Positions 14,001-22,841 of a stretch of DNA of 64,000 nucleotides are shown here, piece after piece. The notes below the pieces were generated by a model that searched no databases, was not told the origin of the DNA, and saw only the letters and a program-made list of their open reading frames with translations. The DNA comes from Thermoleophilia bacterium (lineage in GTDB: Bacteria; Actinomycetota; Thermoleophilia; UBA2241). The translations under genes were made by a program, and so were the position numbers. Position 1 is the first letter of the stretch. Each line of letters opens with the position of its first letter. Where the stretch lies: NCBI GenBank assembly GCA_035686425.1, contig DASRZL010000154.1, forward strand, positions 954-64,953, in the 5' to 3' direction.

Positions 14001-14945
14001 ATGCTAGTGAACGTCCTGTTCGTCATCATCGGGTTGCTGCTGCTCGCCCTGGGCGCCGAAGGGCTGGTCCGTGGCGCCGGCGCGGTCGCCCTCCGCCTCG
14101 GCGTGGCTCCGCTCGTCGTCGGTTTGACGATCGTCGCCTTTGGGACGGGCAGCCCGGAGCTCGTCCTCAGCGTCCAGGCCGCGGCGAGCGGCAACGGCGG
14201 CATCGCGCTCGGCAACGTGCTCGGCTCCAACATCAGCAACATCGCACTCGTCCTCGGCGTGGCGGCGCTCGTTCGGCCCTTGGCGGTGCAGGCGCGGCTG
14301 GTGCGGCGCGAAGTGCCGGTGATGATCGGGGCCTCCTTCGCCCTCTTCGCGCTTCTGGTGGACGGGGAGCTCAGCAGGCTGGACGGCGCCCTGCTTCTCG
14401 CGGCCGCGGTGGCCTACATGGCCTTTGCGTACCTGGGCGCCAAGGAGGGAGACGTGCCGGCCGTGACGGAGGAGTTCCACGAGGTTCTGGCGGAGGGCAG
14501 GCGCTCGCTGTGGAGTGACGTGCTCCTCGTGGGCGGCGGGCTCGGCGCTCTTGTCCTCGGCGCCACGGTGCTCCTCCACGGCGCCGTTGCGGTGGCGACG
14601 GAGCTGGGCGTGAGCGAGGTCGTCGTGGGGCTCTCGGTGATCGCCATCGGCACGAGTCTGCCGGAGTTGGCGACGTCGATATCGGCGGCCCGGCGCCGCC
14701 AAGCCGACGTCGCCTTCGGCAACGCGATCGGCTCCAACGTCTTCAACATCTTCGCCGTGCTGGGCGTCGCCGCGCTCGTGCAGCCGATCGCGACGACGGG
14801 TCTTCGGCCTCTGGACGTGGCCGTCTTCCTGCTGAGCGCCGTGCTCGTACTGCCGCTCATGGCCCGCGGCTCGGTGCTGAGCCGCCGGGAGGGCGCCGTG
14901 CTCGTCGCGGGCTACGTAGCCTACATCCTCTCGCTCGCCGTGTGA
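14001..14945 (+). CDS. Ca2+/cation antiporter (CaCA, YrbG-like sodium/calcium exchanger).
   Basis: Two alpha-repeat regions are present (GTGSPELVLSVQAA... and GTSLPELATSISAA...). There are about 10 TM helices. Confidence 0.8.
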   Translation: MLVNVLFVIIGLLLLALGAEGLVRGAGAVALRLGVAPLVVGLTIVAFGTGSPELVLSVQAAASGNGGIALGNVLGSNISNIALVLGVAALVRPLAVQARLVRREVPVMIGASFALFALLVDGELSRLDGALLLAAAVAYMAFAYLGAKEGDVPAVTEEFHEVLAEGRRSLWSDVLLVGGGLGALVLGATVLLHGAVAVATELGVSEVVVGLSVIAIGTSLPELATSISAARRRQADVAFGNAIGSNVFNIFAVLGVAALVQPIATTGLRPLDVAVFLLSAVLVLPLMARGSVLSRREGAVLVAGYVAYILSLAV

Positions 14946-14998
14946 CGCAGGCGCCGGCCGGGTGACACGTTGCGTGTCTCCCGGCCGGCGCCTGCGTC
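14944..14998. terminator. Nested perfect inverted repeat between convergent genes. The outer stem is 19 bp, GACGCAGGCGCCGGCCGGG / CCCGGCCGGCGCCTGCGTC. The inner hairpin is GACACG-TTG-CGTGTC. It is probably a bidirectional terminator.
   Basis: Read directly from the sequence. It starts at the last codon of the CaCA gene and ends 30 nt before the stop of the Fur-like ORF. Confidence 0.6.
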
Positions 14999-15027
14999 GT
15001 GGGTTGGTCTGCCGCCGGGGCCGCGGG

Positions 15028-15222
15028 TCAGCCCGCCGTCGCCGCCGCGAGCGTGCGGTAAACGGTTTCGAGCGAGTTCGTCGGGACTCGCTTGCGGACG
15101 GCCTCGTACACCGTCTCCACGTCCGGGTGCGTCTCGTCGGCGGCGACCACGCGAAGGATCTCGAGCCGCTGGTGCGTGAGGCGAAGGCCGGCGTCGCGGA
15201 TGCCCTGCGAGAGCTGCTGCAC
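15028..15222 (-). pseudogene. Fur-family regulator fragment. Only the N-terminal winged-helix DNA-binding domain (64 aa) is present. The metal-binding/dimerisation domain is missing.
   Basis: LRLTHQRLEILRVVAADETHPDVETVYEAVRKRVPTNSLETVYRTL is the Fur N-domain. The ORF stops immediately before the large hairpin. No Fur C-domain is found in any frame downstream. Confidence 0.4.
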
Positions 15223-15346
15223 CCAGCGCTCGACCTCCGCTGCAGGTACGGCCAGACTCCTTCCGGTCTGGTCGCGCCGGTTCCTGTACAGGAACTATTC
15301 GCCGGTACCCGTCCCGGAAGTGACGAAACCGGTGCTCGGTTGTGTA

Positions 15347-15904
15347 ATGTGTGGACTGATGGAGACCTTCACCGAGCCAAGGCCACTGGTAGCGAACGAC
15401 CGCTACGCCGACGAGCGGCGGACGGCCCTCGATGCCCTCGACCTGGCCGCCGTCGACGACCCGATCATCGACATCGTGGAGGCGTTCGAGCTGCTGCCGC
15501 ACTGCTTCACGCTCCAGTGCTGCTACGGGCACTTCGTGACCGCGGCGCGGCAGGACGAGCGCAGCCTGGCGGCGATCCCCGACGGTCACAGTGGGTCGGT
15601 CCGGTACCGGGTCGCCTACGTCGCCTTCTGCGTGGAGAACGGCGAGCGGGGCCGTGCGTTTCTCGACAAGCTGTCGCGGATCCCGGCCGCCGACCCGGCC
15701 TACATCCAATTCGGCTCCGCCGGCTGGTTCTGGGATCAATGGGTCAACTCCTACGTGCTCCAGGTGGAGCCGGCCGCGCACCGCTTCAAGGACCAGGCAG
15801 CGCTCGCGGCCGGCGAGGCCGTGCACACGCAGCGGGTCAGGGACGCCTTCTTCGCGGAGCTCCGGCAGGTGCTGGCGGAGGAGCTGGATCGGCTCGCGAC
15901 CTGA
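15347..15904 (+). CDS. Hypothetical protein (about 185 aa), divergent from the Fur-like fragment.
   Basis: A coherent non-Arg-rich translation begins at MCGLMETFTEPRPLVANDRYADERRTALDALDL... The 85 codons upstream in the track ORF are junk-like. Confidence 0.45.
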   Translation: MCGLMETFTEPRPLVANDRYADERRTALDALDLAAVDDPIIDIVEAFELLPHCFTLQCCYGHFVTAARQDERSLAAIPDGHSGSVRYRVAYVAFCVENGERGRAFLDKLSRIPAADPAYIQFGSAGWFWDQWVNSYVLQVEPAAHRFKDQAALAAGEAVHTQRVRDAFFAELRQVLAEELDRLAT

Positions 15905-16090
15905 CTGCCCACCGCTCTCGGGGTCGCGCCTGCGCCCGCGGGATCAGCATCGTGCGGGTCGTACCGTGGCCGCCCGGGGCCGGAGCGTCGTTCACGGTTT
16001 TGACCTCTCGCCGCCCAGGGCAGGACTCCGGAAGCAGGCCGATCGCCGCGGCCTCAACGGTGGAGATCCGCGGCAGAAGAGGACCTTCAC

Positions 16091-16327
16091 ATGATGACCA
16101 CTCAGGCAGATGGCCGAGGGACCCGGCGTCAGAGACTCTGTCGCCGGCCACGGCAACAGTGGATCGAGGAGGAGCGCCCCCTGATCGAGCGGCAGCACTT
16201 CTGCAACGCGGAGGTGGCGGCCACCGGATCCGTGGCCATCCGGGTGCCGTGCGACCACTCGGAGAACGACGCGAGTGCCGACAGCGAGGTCCTCGTCTGC
16301 GTTGCGCCCAAGGACGCGGTGGTCTGA
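16091..16327 (+). CDS. Small (78 aa) Cys-containing hypothetical protein. Its stop abuts the next start (TGAATG).
   Basis: AGAGGA lies 8 nt upstream of the ATG. It has four Cys residues (C17, C38, C54, C70). It ends at TGA 16325-16327, directly followed by the ATG at 16328. Confidence 0.3.
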   Translation: MMTTQADGRGTRRQRLCRRPRQQWIEEERPLIERQHFCNAEVAATGSVAIRVPCDHSENDASADSEVLVCVAPKDAVV

Positions 16328-16807
16328 ATGGCCGTCGACGTCTTCACAGAGATCGTCATCCGGCGCCCGCGCGATGAGGTAGCGGGCTACGTCGCGGACC
16401 CCGGCAACGCTCCCGAGTGGTATGTCAACATCGAGTCGGTCCGGTGGCAGACCGAGCCGCCCGCCCGCGTGGGGTCGCAGATCGCGTTCGTGGCCCAGTT
16501 CCTCGGGCGGCGCCTCGCCTACACCTACGAGATCGTCGAGTTCGCGCCCGGCGAGAGACTCGTGATGCGCACCGCCCAGGGGCCGTTCCCGATGGAGACG
16601 ATCTACACGTGGGAATCGACTCCGGAGGGCGACACGCGCATGGCGCTGCGCAATCGCGGGACTCCGGCCGGCTTCTCGACGCTGGCGGCGCCGCTGATGG
16701 CCGCCTCGATGCGCCACGCCAACAAGAAGGACCTGGCGCGGCTGAAGACATTCCTCGAGGGGCGGCCCCCGGCCCCGGGGGCCGGGAAGGGCAGGCGAGG
16801 GGCGTAA
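16328..16807 (+). CDS. SRPBCC-superfamily protein (polyketide cyclase/dehydrase-like).
   Basis: MAVDVFTEIVIRRPRDEVAGYVADPGNAPEWYVNIESVRW... has the typical SRPBCC N-terminal pattern and length. Confidence 0.7.
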   Translation: MAVDVFTEIVIRRPRDEVAGYVADPGNAPEWYVNIESVRWQTEPPARVGSQIAFVAQFLGRRLAYTYEIVEFAPGERLVMRTAQGPFPMETIYTWESTPEGDTRMALRNRGTPAGFSTLAAPLMAASMRHANKKDLARLKTFLEGRPPAPGAGKGRRGA

Positions 16808-17340
16808 TGGACGACGCGGCGGTGCTCAAGGCGACCGGGAAGGCGTGGGACGTGTGGTTCGCCATGCTCGACGAGCGCGAGGCGCGGTCGCTGCCTCACA
16901 AGGAGATCGCTCGCCTGTTGCGGGAGGACTGCGGCGTCTCGGGCTGGTGGAGCCAGAGCGTGACCGTGGAGTACGAGAAGTTCATCGGGCGCCGCGAGCC
17001 CGGCCAGCGGCAGGGCGGCGAGTTCGCGACCACGGTGAGCAGGACGCTCTCAGGGACGATGGACGAGGTGCTCGACCGCTGGCTCGCGCCGCTGTCGGCT
17101 CGCGCCGACGAACGCGCTTTCGACGGCGTGCCCTTCGCCGAGGAGCCGAGCGTCAAGCGGACGGACAAATGGCGCTACTGGCGTGCCCGGCTGACCGACG
17201 GCTCCAAGATCACCGTCTCGATCTCGGCCAAACCGGGCGGTGAGGCCTCGGTGCTGGCCGTCGAGACCGGCAAGCTCGACGACAAAGCAGACATCGGGCG
17301 CTGGAAGGCCTACTGGAAGGCGTATCTGGCGAAGCTCTGA
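16807..17340 (+). CDS. DUF4287/DUF5655-like hypothetical protein.
   Basis: Its start overlaps the upstream stop (TAATG). The N-terminal block is WDVWFAMLDEREARSLPHKEIARLLREDCGVSGWWSQSVTVEYEKFIG. Confidence 0.55.
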   Translation: MDDAAVLKATGKAWDVWFAMLDEREARSLPHKEIARLLREDCGVSGWWSQSVTVEYEKFIGRREPGQRQGGEFATTVSRTLSGTMDEVLDRWLAPLSARADERAFDGVPFAEEPSVKRTDKWRYWRARLTDGSKITVSISAKPGGEASVLAVETGKLDDKADIGRWKAYWKAYLAKL

Positions 17341-17438
17341 CGACCGCAGCGCGGAGCGGGTCGTCCATCGACGCCGGCCGCGAGCCGCGACCGCCCGCGC
17401 CGGTGTAGGCTGGTCGCCGGACGAACTGGAGGATATCC

Positions 17439-17711
17439 GTGGCAGAGCCGAAGACGACGCATGATGAGCCGCCGGGCGCAGAGCCACCGGCGGCTGCTGT
17501 GCAGGCGGCGGACGGGGGGCCGCCGGCGCCGCCAAGCGAGCAGAAGCTCAACGGTCCTCTTCACTTCGGCATGGGCGCGGCTATCGGCGTCGGCGCCGCT
17601 CTCGGCATCGCCTTGGGCTCGCTGCTCGGCAGCCTCGCGGTCGGGCTGGCCGTTGGCGCCGGTTTGGGGGTCGCAGCGGGAGCCGTCCTCGAGTCCCGCG
17701 GTCGCCGCTGA
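17439..17711 (+). CDS. Small glycine-zipper membrane protein (90 aa).
   Basis: It has a GTG start 5 nt after GGAGGA. The C-terminal half is GMGAAIGVGAALGIALGSLLGSLAVGLAVGAGLGVAAGAVL. Confidence 0.45.
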   Translation: MAEPKTTHDEPPGAEPPAAAVQAADGGPPAPPSEQKLNGPLHFGMGAAIGVGAALGIALGSLLGSLAVGLAVGAGLGVAAGAVLESRGRR

Positions 17712-17947
17712 AGGTCGACCGGAGCCCGGCGGCAGCCCTCGGAGACCCTGGTTCAGCCAGGGGGATCGGGTTCCTGGATCGCCGGCGCGGCGGCGGCCTG
17801 CGCATGCTCTCATCACCGAAGCCTGAACGATGCATCCGCGGGTGCCGCTGCGCCCTATACTCTCGTTGAGCAGAGCAGGCGACGGAGGCGACCAAGAGGC
17901 GCATCCCCGGCGGTCGTCGGGGGGCGAACGGCCCACCAGAGGAGGTA

Positions 17948-18349
17948 GTGATGCCGGTCAAGAAGAAGCCGGGACCCAACGAAGGAAGACCGGCGCCTAT
18001 TGAAGTGTGGCTGTGGGACCCGGATCAGAAGCGGCCTCCGTTCGGCCACACGACGACACCGCTAGAGTATCTCCCCGCCGACGCTCCACTGCCGCGGGCC
18101 GGGGACATCATCCACCTGCCGAGGAACGTCACTGGGGACACCAACAAGCAGGCGTTCGGCTACGGCGGCACGCGCACACCGTTCAGGGTCGTGGAGTACG
18201 GGCACATATACGCTCGCGAGAGGGGCGAGAAGGTCGACCCGCTCCACCCGACGTCGGCCGTCCACGTGAAGACCACGATGCACGTCAAGCGCATCAGCCA
18301 GAAAGAAGCCTACGACGATCGTGGCTGGGAGCGGGAGCCCGATGCCTGA
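17948..18349 (+). CDS. Hypothetical protein (133 aa).
   Basis: GGAGG lies 6 nt upstream of the ATG. The amino-acid composition is balanced. Confidence 0.5.
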   Translation: MMPVKKKPGPNEGRPAPIEVWLWDPDQKRPPFGHTTTPLEYLPADAPLPRAGDIIHLPRNVTGDTNKQAFGYGGTRTPFRVVEYGHIYARERGEKVDPLHPTSAVHVKTTMHVKRISQKEAYDDRGWEREPDA

Positions 18350-18725
18350 CAGACGTCGCCGCCGGACCCCGACCGGGGCGGACCGGCGGGGGACGAAGGA
18401 GACGCAGGATGTGCAGATGCACGCGGCGCCGCATTCTGCGGCGGGCCTGCTCGTCCTTCTGCCCGAGCCGGCTTTGTGGCGTGCACCGCCGACAAGGCCG
18501 CTCGCTTCGAGAGCGCGACTCCTCCGCAGGCCGCGTCCCCGGTGACGCCCGTCGCGGTCGTCACGCCGAGATGGGAGGGTGAAGAGAGTGCGCTGGCGGA
18601 GTACCGGAACGGGCTCGTAGGCCCTCGCTCCTGCTACAACGCCGCCGCGTCGCCCTGACCACGACCCCGTACTGCGACGATTGCGCCTAGGTGGTTCGCT
18701 TGCCTGCCCCATCGGTGACGAGGAC

Positions 18726-18775
18726 TTGACAGTTTAGTGACCACTCACTTATGGTATGCTGGTCACCATGAAAGC
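18726..18775 (+). promoter_or_regulatory. Putative sigma-70-like promoter for the TetR gene. It reads TTGACA-N17-TTATGG with a TATGGT -10 box. It overlaps the inverted repeat GTGACCA-N16-TGGTCAC.
   Basis: Motifs are read directly. The inverted repeat overlaps the -10 box and the start codon region, as expected for an autoregulatory TetR operator. Confidence 0.4.
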
Positions 18776-19391
18776 AACGACACGCATCAGCAAGGAAGAA
18801 CGGCGGCGCGAGATCGTCGAGGCCGCCACGCGAGAGTTCGCGGTCGGCGGCCTTCACGGTACGCCGGTGGCAGCGATCGCCAGGCAGGTCGGCGTGTCGC
18901 AGCCCTACCTCTTCCAGCTCTTCGGTACGAAGAAGGAGCTCTTCATCGCCGCCGTGCGGCGGACGTTCGAGCGCACCGTCGCGACGTTCCGCACGGCTGC
19001 CGCCGAAGCTGGAGACGACGCCGACGCGCAAGGCGTGCTCATGGCGATGGGCGTTGCGTACCAAGGCCTGCTTGCCGATCGCAGCCTCCTCCTCATGCAG
19101 ATGCAGGCCTACGTCGCGAGCGAGGACGAGGAGATCCGTGACGTCGTGCGCGACGAGATGCTGCGCCTTGTGAACTTCGTGCAATCCGCCTCCGGGGCGC
19201 CGGAAGCCGCGATCCGCGAGTGGCTTGCCTACGGCATGCTCATGAACGTCGTTGCCACGATGGACCTCACCGAGGTGGACGCCGACTGGGCGCGGATGAT
19301 GTGCCCGGTCAAAGGCACGGCGCTGGCGGCGATGGCCGCCGACGCCATCGGCAAGGCGGAGCGCACGGGTGAAGGGGCGCTGACGAAGTAG
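18756..19391 (+). CDS. TetR/AcrR-family transcriptional regulator.
   Basis: The HTH block is RREIVEAATREFAVGGLHGTPVAAIARQVGVSQPYLFQLFGTKKELFIAAV. Confidence 0.8.
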   Translation: MLVTMKATTRISKEERRREIVEAATREFAVGGLHGTPVAAIARQVGVSQPYLFQLFGTKKELFIAAVRRTFERTVATFRTAAAEAGDDADAQGVLMAMGVAYQGLLADRSLLLMQMQAYVASEDEEIRDVVRDEMLRLVNFVQSASGAPEAAIREWLAYGMLMNVVATMDLTEVDADWARMMCPVKGTALAAMAADAIGKAERTGEGALTK

Positions 19392-19417
19392 AAGAGGCAG
19401 GCCGGGCGTTCGGCTCC

Positions 19418-19440
19418 AGGCCGGACCCGGCCTTTTCTTT
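19418..19440 (+). terminator. Rho-independent terminator: stem AGGCCG/CGGCCT with loop GACC, followed by TTTTCTTT.
   Basis: This is one of the few hairpins in the window with a U-tract. It lies 27 nt after the TetR stop. Confidence 0.6.
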
Positions 19441-19541
19441 GGCTCACGAAAGTAAGTGATTACTAAGTCACAAGACAAGGGATCGTACAGGAATCGAGAC
19501 AGGGTTCTCGGGGCGGAGGCCACCGGAGGACCGCAAGGGAG

Positions 19542-21011
19542 ATGAGAAGTATGAGTGCAAGAGCAGTGACCATCTGGACCTTTGTGGTGACCAGCGTCGC
19601 CGTCTTCATGGTGTCGCTCGACAACCTGGTCGTGACCACCGCGTTGCCGGTGATCAAGGCCGACCTGGGCGCCTCGCTCTCGGGGCTCGAGTGGACGGTG
19701 AATGCCTACACCTTGACGTTCGCGGTACTGCTGCTCACCGGCGCCGCGCTGGGCGACCGGTTCGGGCGCAAGCGGATGTTCCTGGTGGGCCTTGCGATCT
19801 TCACAGCCGGCTCGGCGGCGGCGGCCCTGGCGCCGAGCATCGAGGCGCTCATCGCGGCCAGGGCCCTGCAGGGCGTCGGCGGCGCGATCGTCACACCGCT
19901 CACGCTGACGATCCTCTCGGGTGCGGTGCCGGCGGCTCGCCGCGGCCTCGCCCTCGGCATCTGGGGCGGCGTGAGCGGCCTCGCCGTCGCCCTCGGACCG
20001 GTCGTAGGCGGCGCCGTCGTCGAGGGCCTCAGCTGGCAGTGGATCTTCTGGCTCAACGTTCCGATCGGCTTCGTGCTGCTGCCGATCGCCCTGGTCCGTC
20101 TGACCGAGTCGAAGGGCCCCAATCGTTCGCTGGACCTCCCCGGGCTCGGCCTCGCCAGCTTCGGGCTGCTCGGGATCGTCTGGGGTCTCATCCGAGGCAA
20201 CGAAGACGGCTGGACCAGCCTCGGTGTCGCCGGCCCCATAGCCGCCGGCATCATTCTGCTGGGTGCGTTCGTCCTCTGGGAGCGGCGTGCGCCCGAGCCG
20301 ATGGTCCCGCTGCGCTTCTTCCGCAACCGCGCCTTCTCGGCGGCAAATGTGACCTCGCTGCTGATGAGCTTCGGGATGTTCGGCTCGATCTTCCTGCTGG
20401 CGCAGTTCTTCCAGATCGTGCAGGGATACTCGCCGCTCGAAGCCGGCCTGCGCACACTGCCCTGGACGGCGATGCCGATCCTGGTGGCGCCCATCGCCGG
20501 CATCTTCAGCGACCGCATCGGCGCCAGGCCGCTCCTGGTCGCCGGCATGGCGCTGATGGCGGCTGGGCTTGCGTGGATCGCCTTCGTCACCAGTCCGACG
20601 GTCGCCTACGCCCAGCTGATCCCCGCCTTCGTGATGGCCGGCGTCGGCATGAGTCTCTACTTCGCCCCGGTCGCCAACCTGGTGCTGAGCACCGTGCGGC
20701 GTAGAGAAGAGGGCAAGGCGAGCGGCGTCAACAACGCGGTCCGCGAGGTCGGCGGCGTGTTCGGCGTCGCGGTGCTGGCGAGCGTGTTCAGCGCCGCTGG
20801 CAGCTACCTGAGCCCGCAGTCGTTCGTGGACGGCATGGTCCCGGCGATCTGGGTCGGGGCAGGCGCAGTCGCCACGGCCGGCGTCGCCGCGGTGATGATC
20901 CCGCCGAAGGAAGACGTCGTGCTCGACTCGGTGTCGCTGCTGGAGCGCGGTGACCGTGAGGGCGGCGCGCTCGACGGCGAGCTGGCCTGCGAGCCGGAGG
21001 CGGCTGCCTGA
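19542..21011 (+). CDS. MFS drug:H+ antiporter, DHA2 (14-TMS, EmrB/QacA-like).
   Basis: Motif A GDRFGRKR is present with 14 hydrophobic segments. AAGGGAG precedes the ATG. Confidence 0.85.
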   Translation: MRSMSARAVTIWTFVVTSVAVFMVSLDNLVVTTALPVIKADLGASLSGLEWTVNAYTLTFAVLLLTGAALGDRFGRKRMFLVGLAIFTAGSAAAALAPSIEALIAARALQGVGGAIVTPLTLTILSGAVPAARRGLALGIWGGVSGLAVALGPVVGGAVVEGLSWQWIFWLNVPIGFVLLPIALVRLTESKGPNRSLDLPGLGLASFGLLGIVWGLIRGNEDGWTSLGVAGPIAAGIILLGAFVLWERRAPEPMVPLRFFRNRAFSAANVTSLLMSFGMFGSIFLLAQFFQIVQGYSPLEAGLRTLPWTAMPILVAPIAGIFSDRIGARPLLVAGMALMAAGLAWIAFVTSPTVAYAQLIPAFVMAGVGMSLYFAPVANLVLSTVRRREEGKASGVNNAVREVGGVFGVAVLASVFSAAGSYLSPQSFVDGMVPAIWVGAGAVATAGVAAVMIPPKEDVVLDSVSLLERGDREGGALDGELACEPEAAA

Positions 21012-21079
21012 GGGGCGCGCCGAAACGATCCTCGAGATGGCGGGGACCGGAGGCCGGAAGGGCCTCCGGTCCCCGCCGG

Positions 21080-22063
21080 CTACATGATCGAATCGCCCGC
21101 CGGCACGTAGCGGTCCAGGCGGGCGAAGGGCCGTGAGGCGCACAGCAGGCCCGCCGCTCCCTCGAACGCGAACCCGGCCTCCCAGAGAACGCGCTGGGCG
21201 GCGAGGTTCGGTCCCGGGACGACGACGGTCGCCCGTTCCTCCCCCCGCGCGGCGAGCTCGGCCACGACGAAGCGCAAGGCCGCGGCCTGGTCGCCGGGGC
21301 GCAGGGTGGCTACGGGGCCGACGGAGCCGGGACCTTCGGTCTCGTCGCCGCCCAGATAGCCGTAGCCGATCGGCCGGCCCCGCCGGCGGAACAGCCAGCC
21401 GGGGTGCCCCGGCCGGCTCAGGAACCAGAGATGGTCGGGGGTGCGGTCGAATCCGAGGGCTACCTCGTCGATGGCGCGGAGCTCGCCGACGTGCTCCGCT
21501 TCGAGAGGCTCCACATCGAGGCTGCGTGCGTGGCTGGCGGGTGGTCCGCCGGCCGCCGCCGCCGGCCCGCTGAGGACCAGCAGCGCATGCTGGGGATAGA
21601 TGCCGTGGCGTGCGTACAACCGGTTGGAGACGGGATTGGCGGCGCCGGAAGTGAGCGCCGTGACTCCGCCGGTGACCGGCAGACCCTCGAGCGCGGTCTC
21701 GAACAGCCGCCGCCCGAGTCCCCGCCCCTGCCACTCCGGCAGCACGAAGAGCCCGGCGCAGTAGGAGAACGCGCCCCGCACGAGACCGGCGCCGAACCCG
21801 ACCGGTCGTTCGCGGTCGTACGCCAGCACGAAACGGGCGCCGTCTGTCTCGATGACGTGGCGCAGGATGGGCGCGGCGTGGTCTTCCGGCTCCGTGAACG
21901 GGGGCAGTCCTTGCTTCCTCGCCAGATCCTTGAGAGCGACGGTGATGATCCGGGAGGCGGCTTCTGGGGCGTCGCGCTTCCCGCCGTCATCCATGTCCAC
22001 GGCTCGTTGGATCACCAGGCTCTGGGCGGTCTTGCGACTCCACCGGCCTTCTGCGGCGCTCAT
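21080..22063 (-). CDS. GNAT-family N-acetyltransferase with two GNAT-like halves (MshD-like architecture). Alternative start at 21994.
   Basis: The two acetyl-CoA-binding-like blocks are VLPEWQGRGLGRRLFE in the first half and RVLWEAGF in the second half. Confidence 0.65.
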   Translation of the reverse strand: MSAAEGRWSRKTAQSLVIQRAVDMDDGGKRDAPEAASRIITVALKDLARKQGLPPFTEPEDHAAPILRHVIETDGARFVLAYDRERPVGFGAGLVRGAFSYCAGLFVLPEWQGRGLGRRLFETALEGLPVTGGVTALTSGAANPVSNRLYARHGIYPQHALLVLSGPAAAAGGPPASHARSLDVEPLEAEHVGELRAIDEVALGFDRTPDHLWFLSRPGHPGWLFRRRGRPIGYGYLGGDETEGPGSVGPVATLRPGDQAAALRFVVAELAARGEERATVVVPGPNLAAQRVLWEAGFAFEGAAGLLCASRPFARLDRYVPAGDSIM

Positions 22064-22259
22064 GCGATCTCCAGTCGACGATGCAAGACGACGATGGCGG
22101 ACGAGGCGATTCTATCTGCCGCTGCCCAGCCGCGGTCTGGGCTGCGGACCCTATCGCCGGCCCGTGAGCCAGCGCTTCGCTCCCGGCCGGCTCGTTTGGC
22201 CGCGGCGCCACGGGGAATCCGGAAGGAGACGCCCGCCGAGGCGTCCGGAAGGAGACCCC

Positions 22260-22832
22260 ATGAGCGAGAGCCCCACTCGTCAGCTCGCCGCCGAGCACGA
22301 GTACGTCAAGCTGGTGGTGGGCGCGATGGAGGCGGAGGCCGCCTTCATCGAACGCACCGGCCGCATCCACGAGGAGCGCGTGATCCAGATGGTCGACTTC
22401 ACGCGTAACTTCACCGACGGCGACCATCACACCAAGGAGGAGGACCTTCTCTTCCCGCTGCTCGAGGAGCGGAGTGCTGCCGCAGGCGGCACCATCAGCG
22501 TCCTGTTGAGCGAGCACCAGGCGGCACGTGACTGCATCCGCGCGATCGATGCAGCGCTGCCCGAGGTGGCCGACCCCGACCCGGACCGCAGCGGGCCCGC
22601 TCGTGCCGTCATCGCCGAGAACCTGAAGCTCTATGCCAATCTGCTGCCGCTGCACATCGGCAAGGAGGACACCGTGCTCTTCCCGCTGACCGAACAGGTG
22701 CTCAGTGTCCGGGAGCAGGAGATGCTCGGCGAGGAGTTCACGCGTCTCTCGGCAGTTCCGGGGAGAGCCGCGACGGCCGAGCGCTACCACCACCTCGCGC
22801 ACGAGCTGTCTACGCCGCCGGTCGACGGCTGA
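22260..22832 (+). CDS. Hemerythrin HHE cation-binding domain protein.
   Basis: The H...E/H..D spacing is repeated (HEYVKL...HEERV...HHTKEED; SEHQAARD...HIGKEDTVLFP). A GGAAGGAGA RBS lies 4 nt upstream of the ATG. Confidence 0.65.
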   Translation: MSESPTRQLAAEHEYVKLVVGAMEAEAAFIERTGRIHEERVIQMVDFTRNFTDGDHHTKEEDLLFPLLEERSAAAGGTISVLLSEHQAARDCIRAIDAALPEVADPDPDRSGPARAVIAENLKLYANLLPLHIGKEDTVLFPLTEQVLSVREQEMLGEEFTRLSAVPGRAATAERYHHLAHELSTPPVDG

Positions 22833-22841
22833 GGGCCCGGC

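Noticed and set aside
15992-16717. A 241-aa minus-strand ORF spanning the small Cys-ORF and the SRPBCC gene.
   Set aside because: It is antisense to a coherent SRPBCC gene that has a good start context, and its composition is Arg/Gly/Pro-rich junk.
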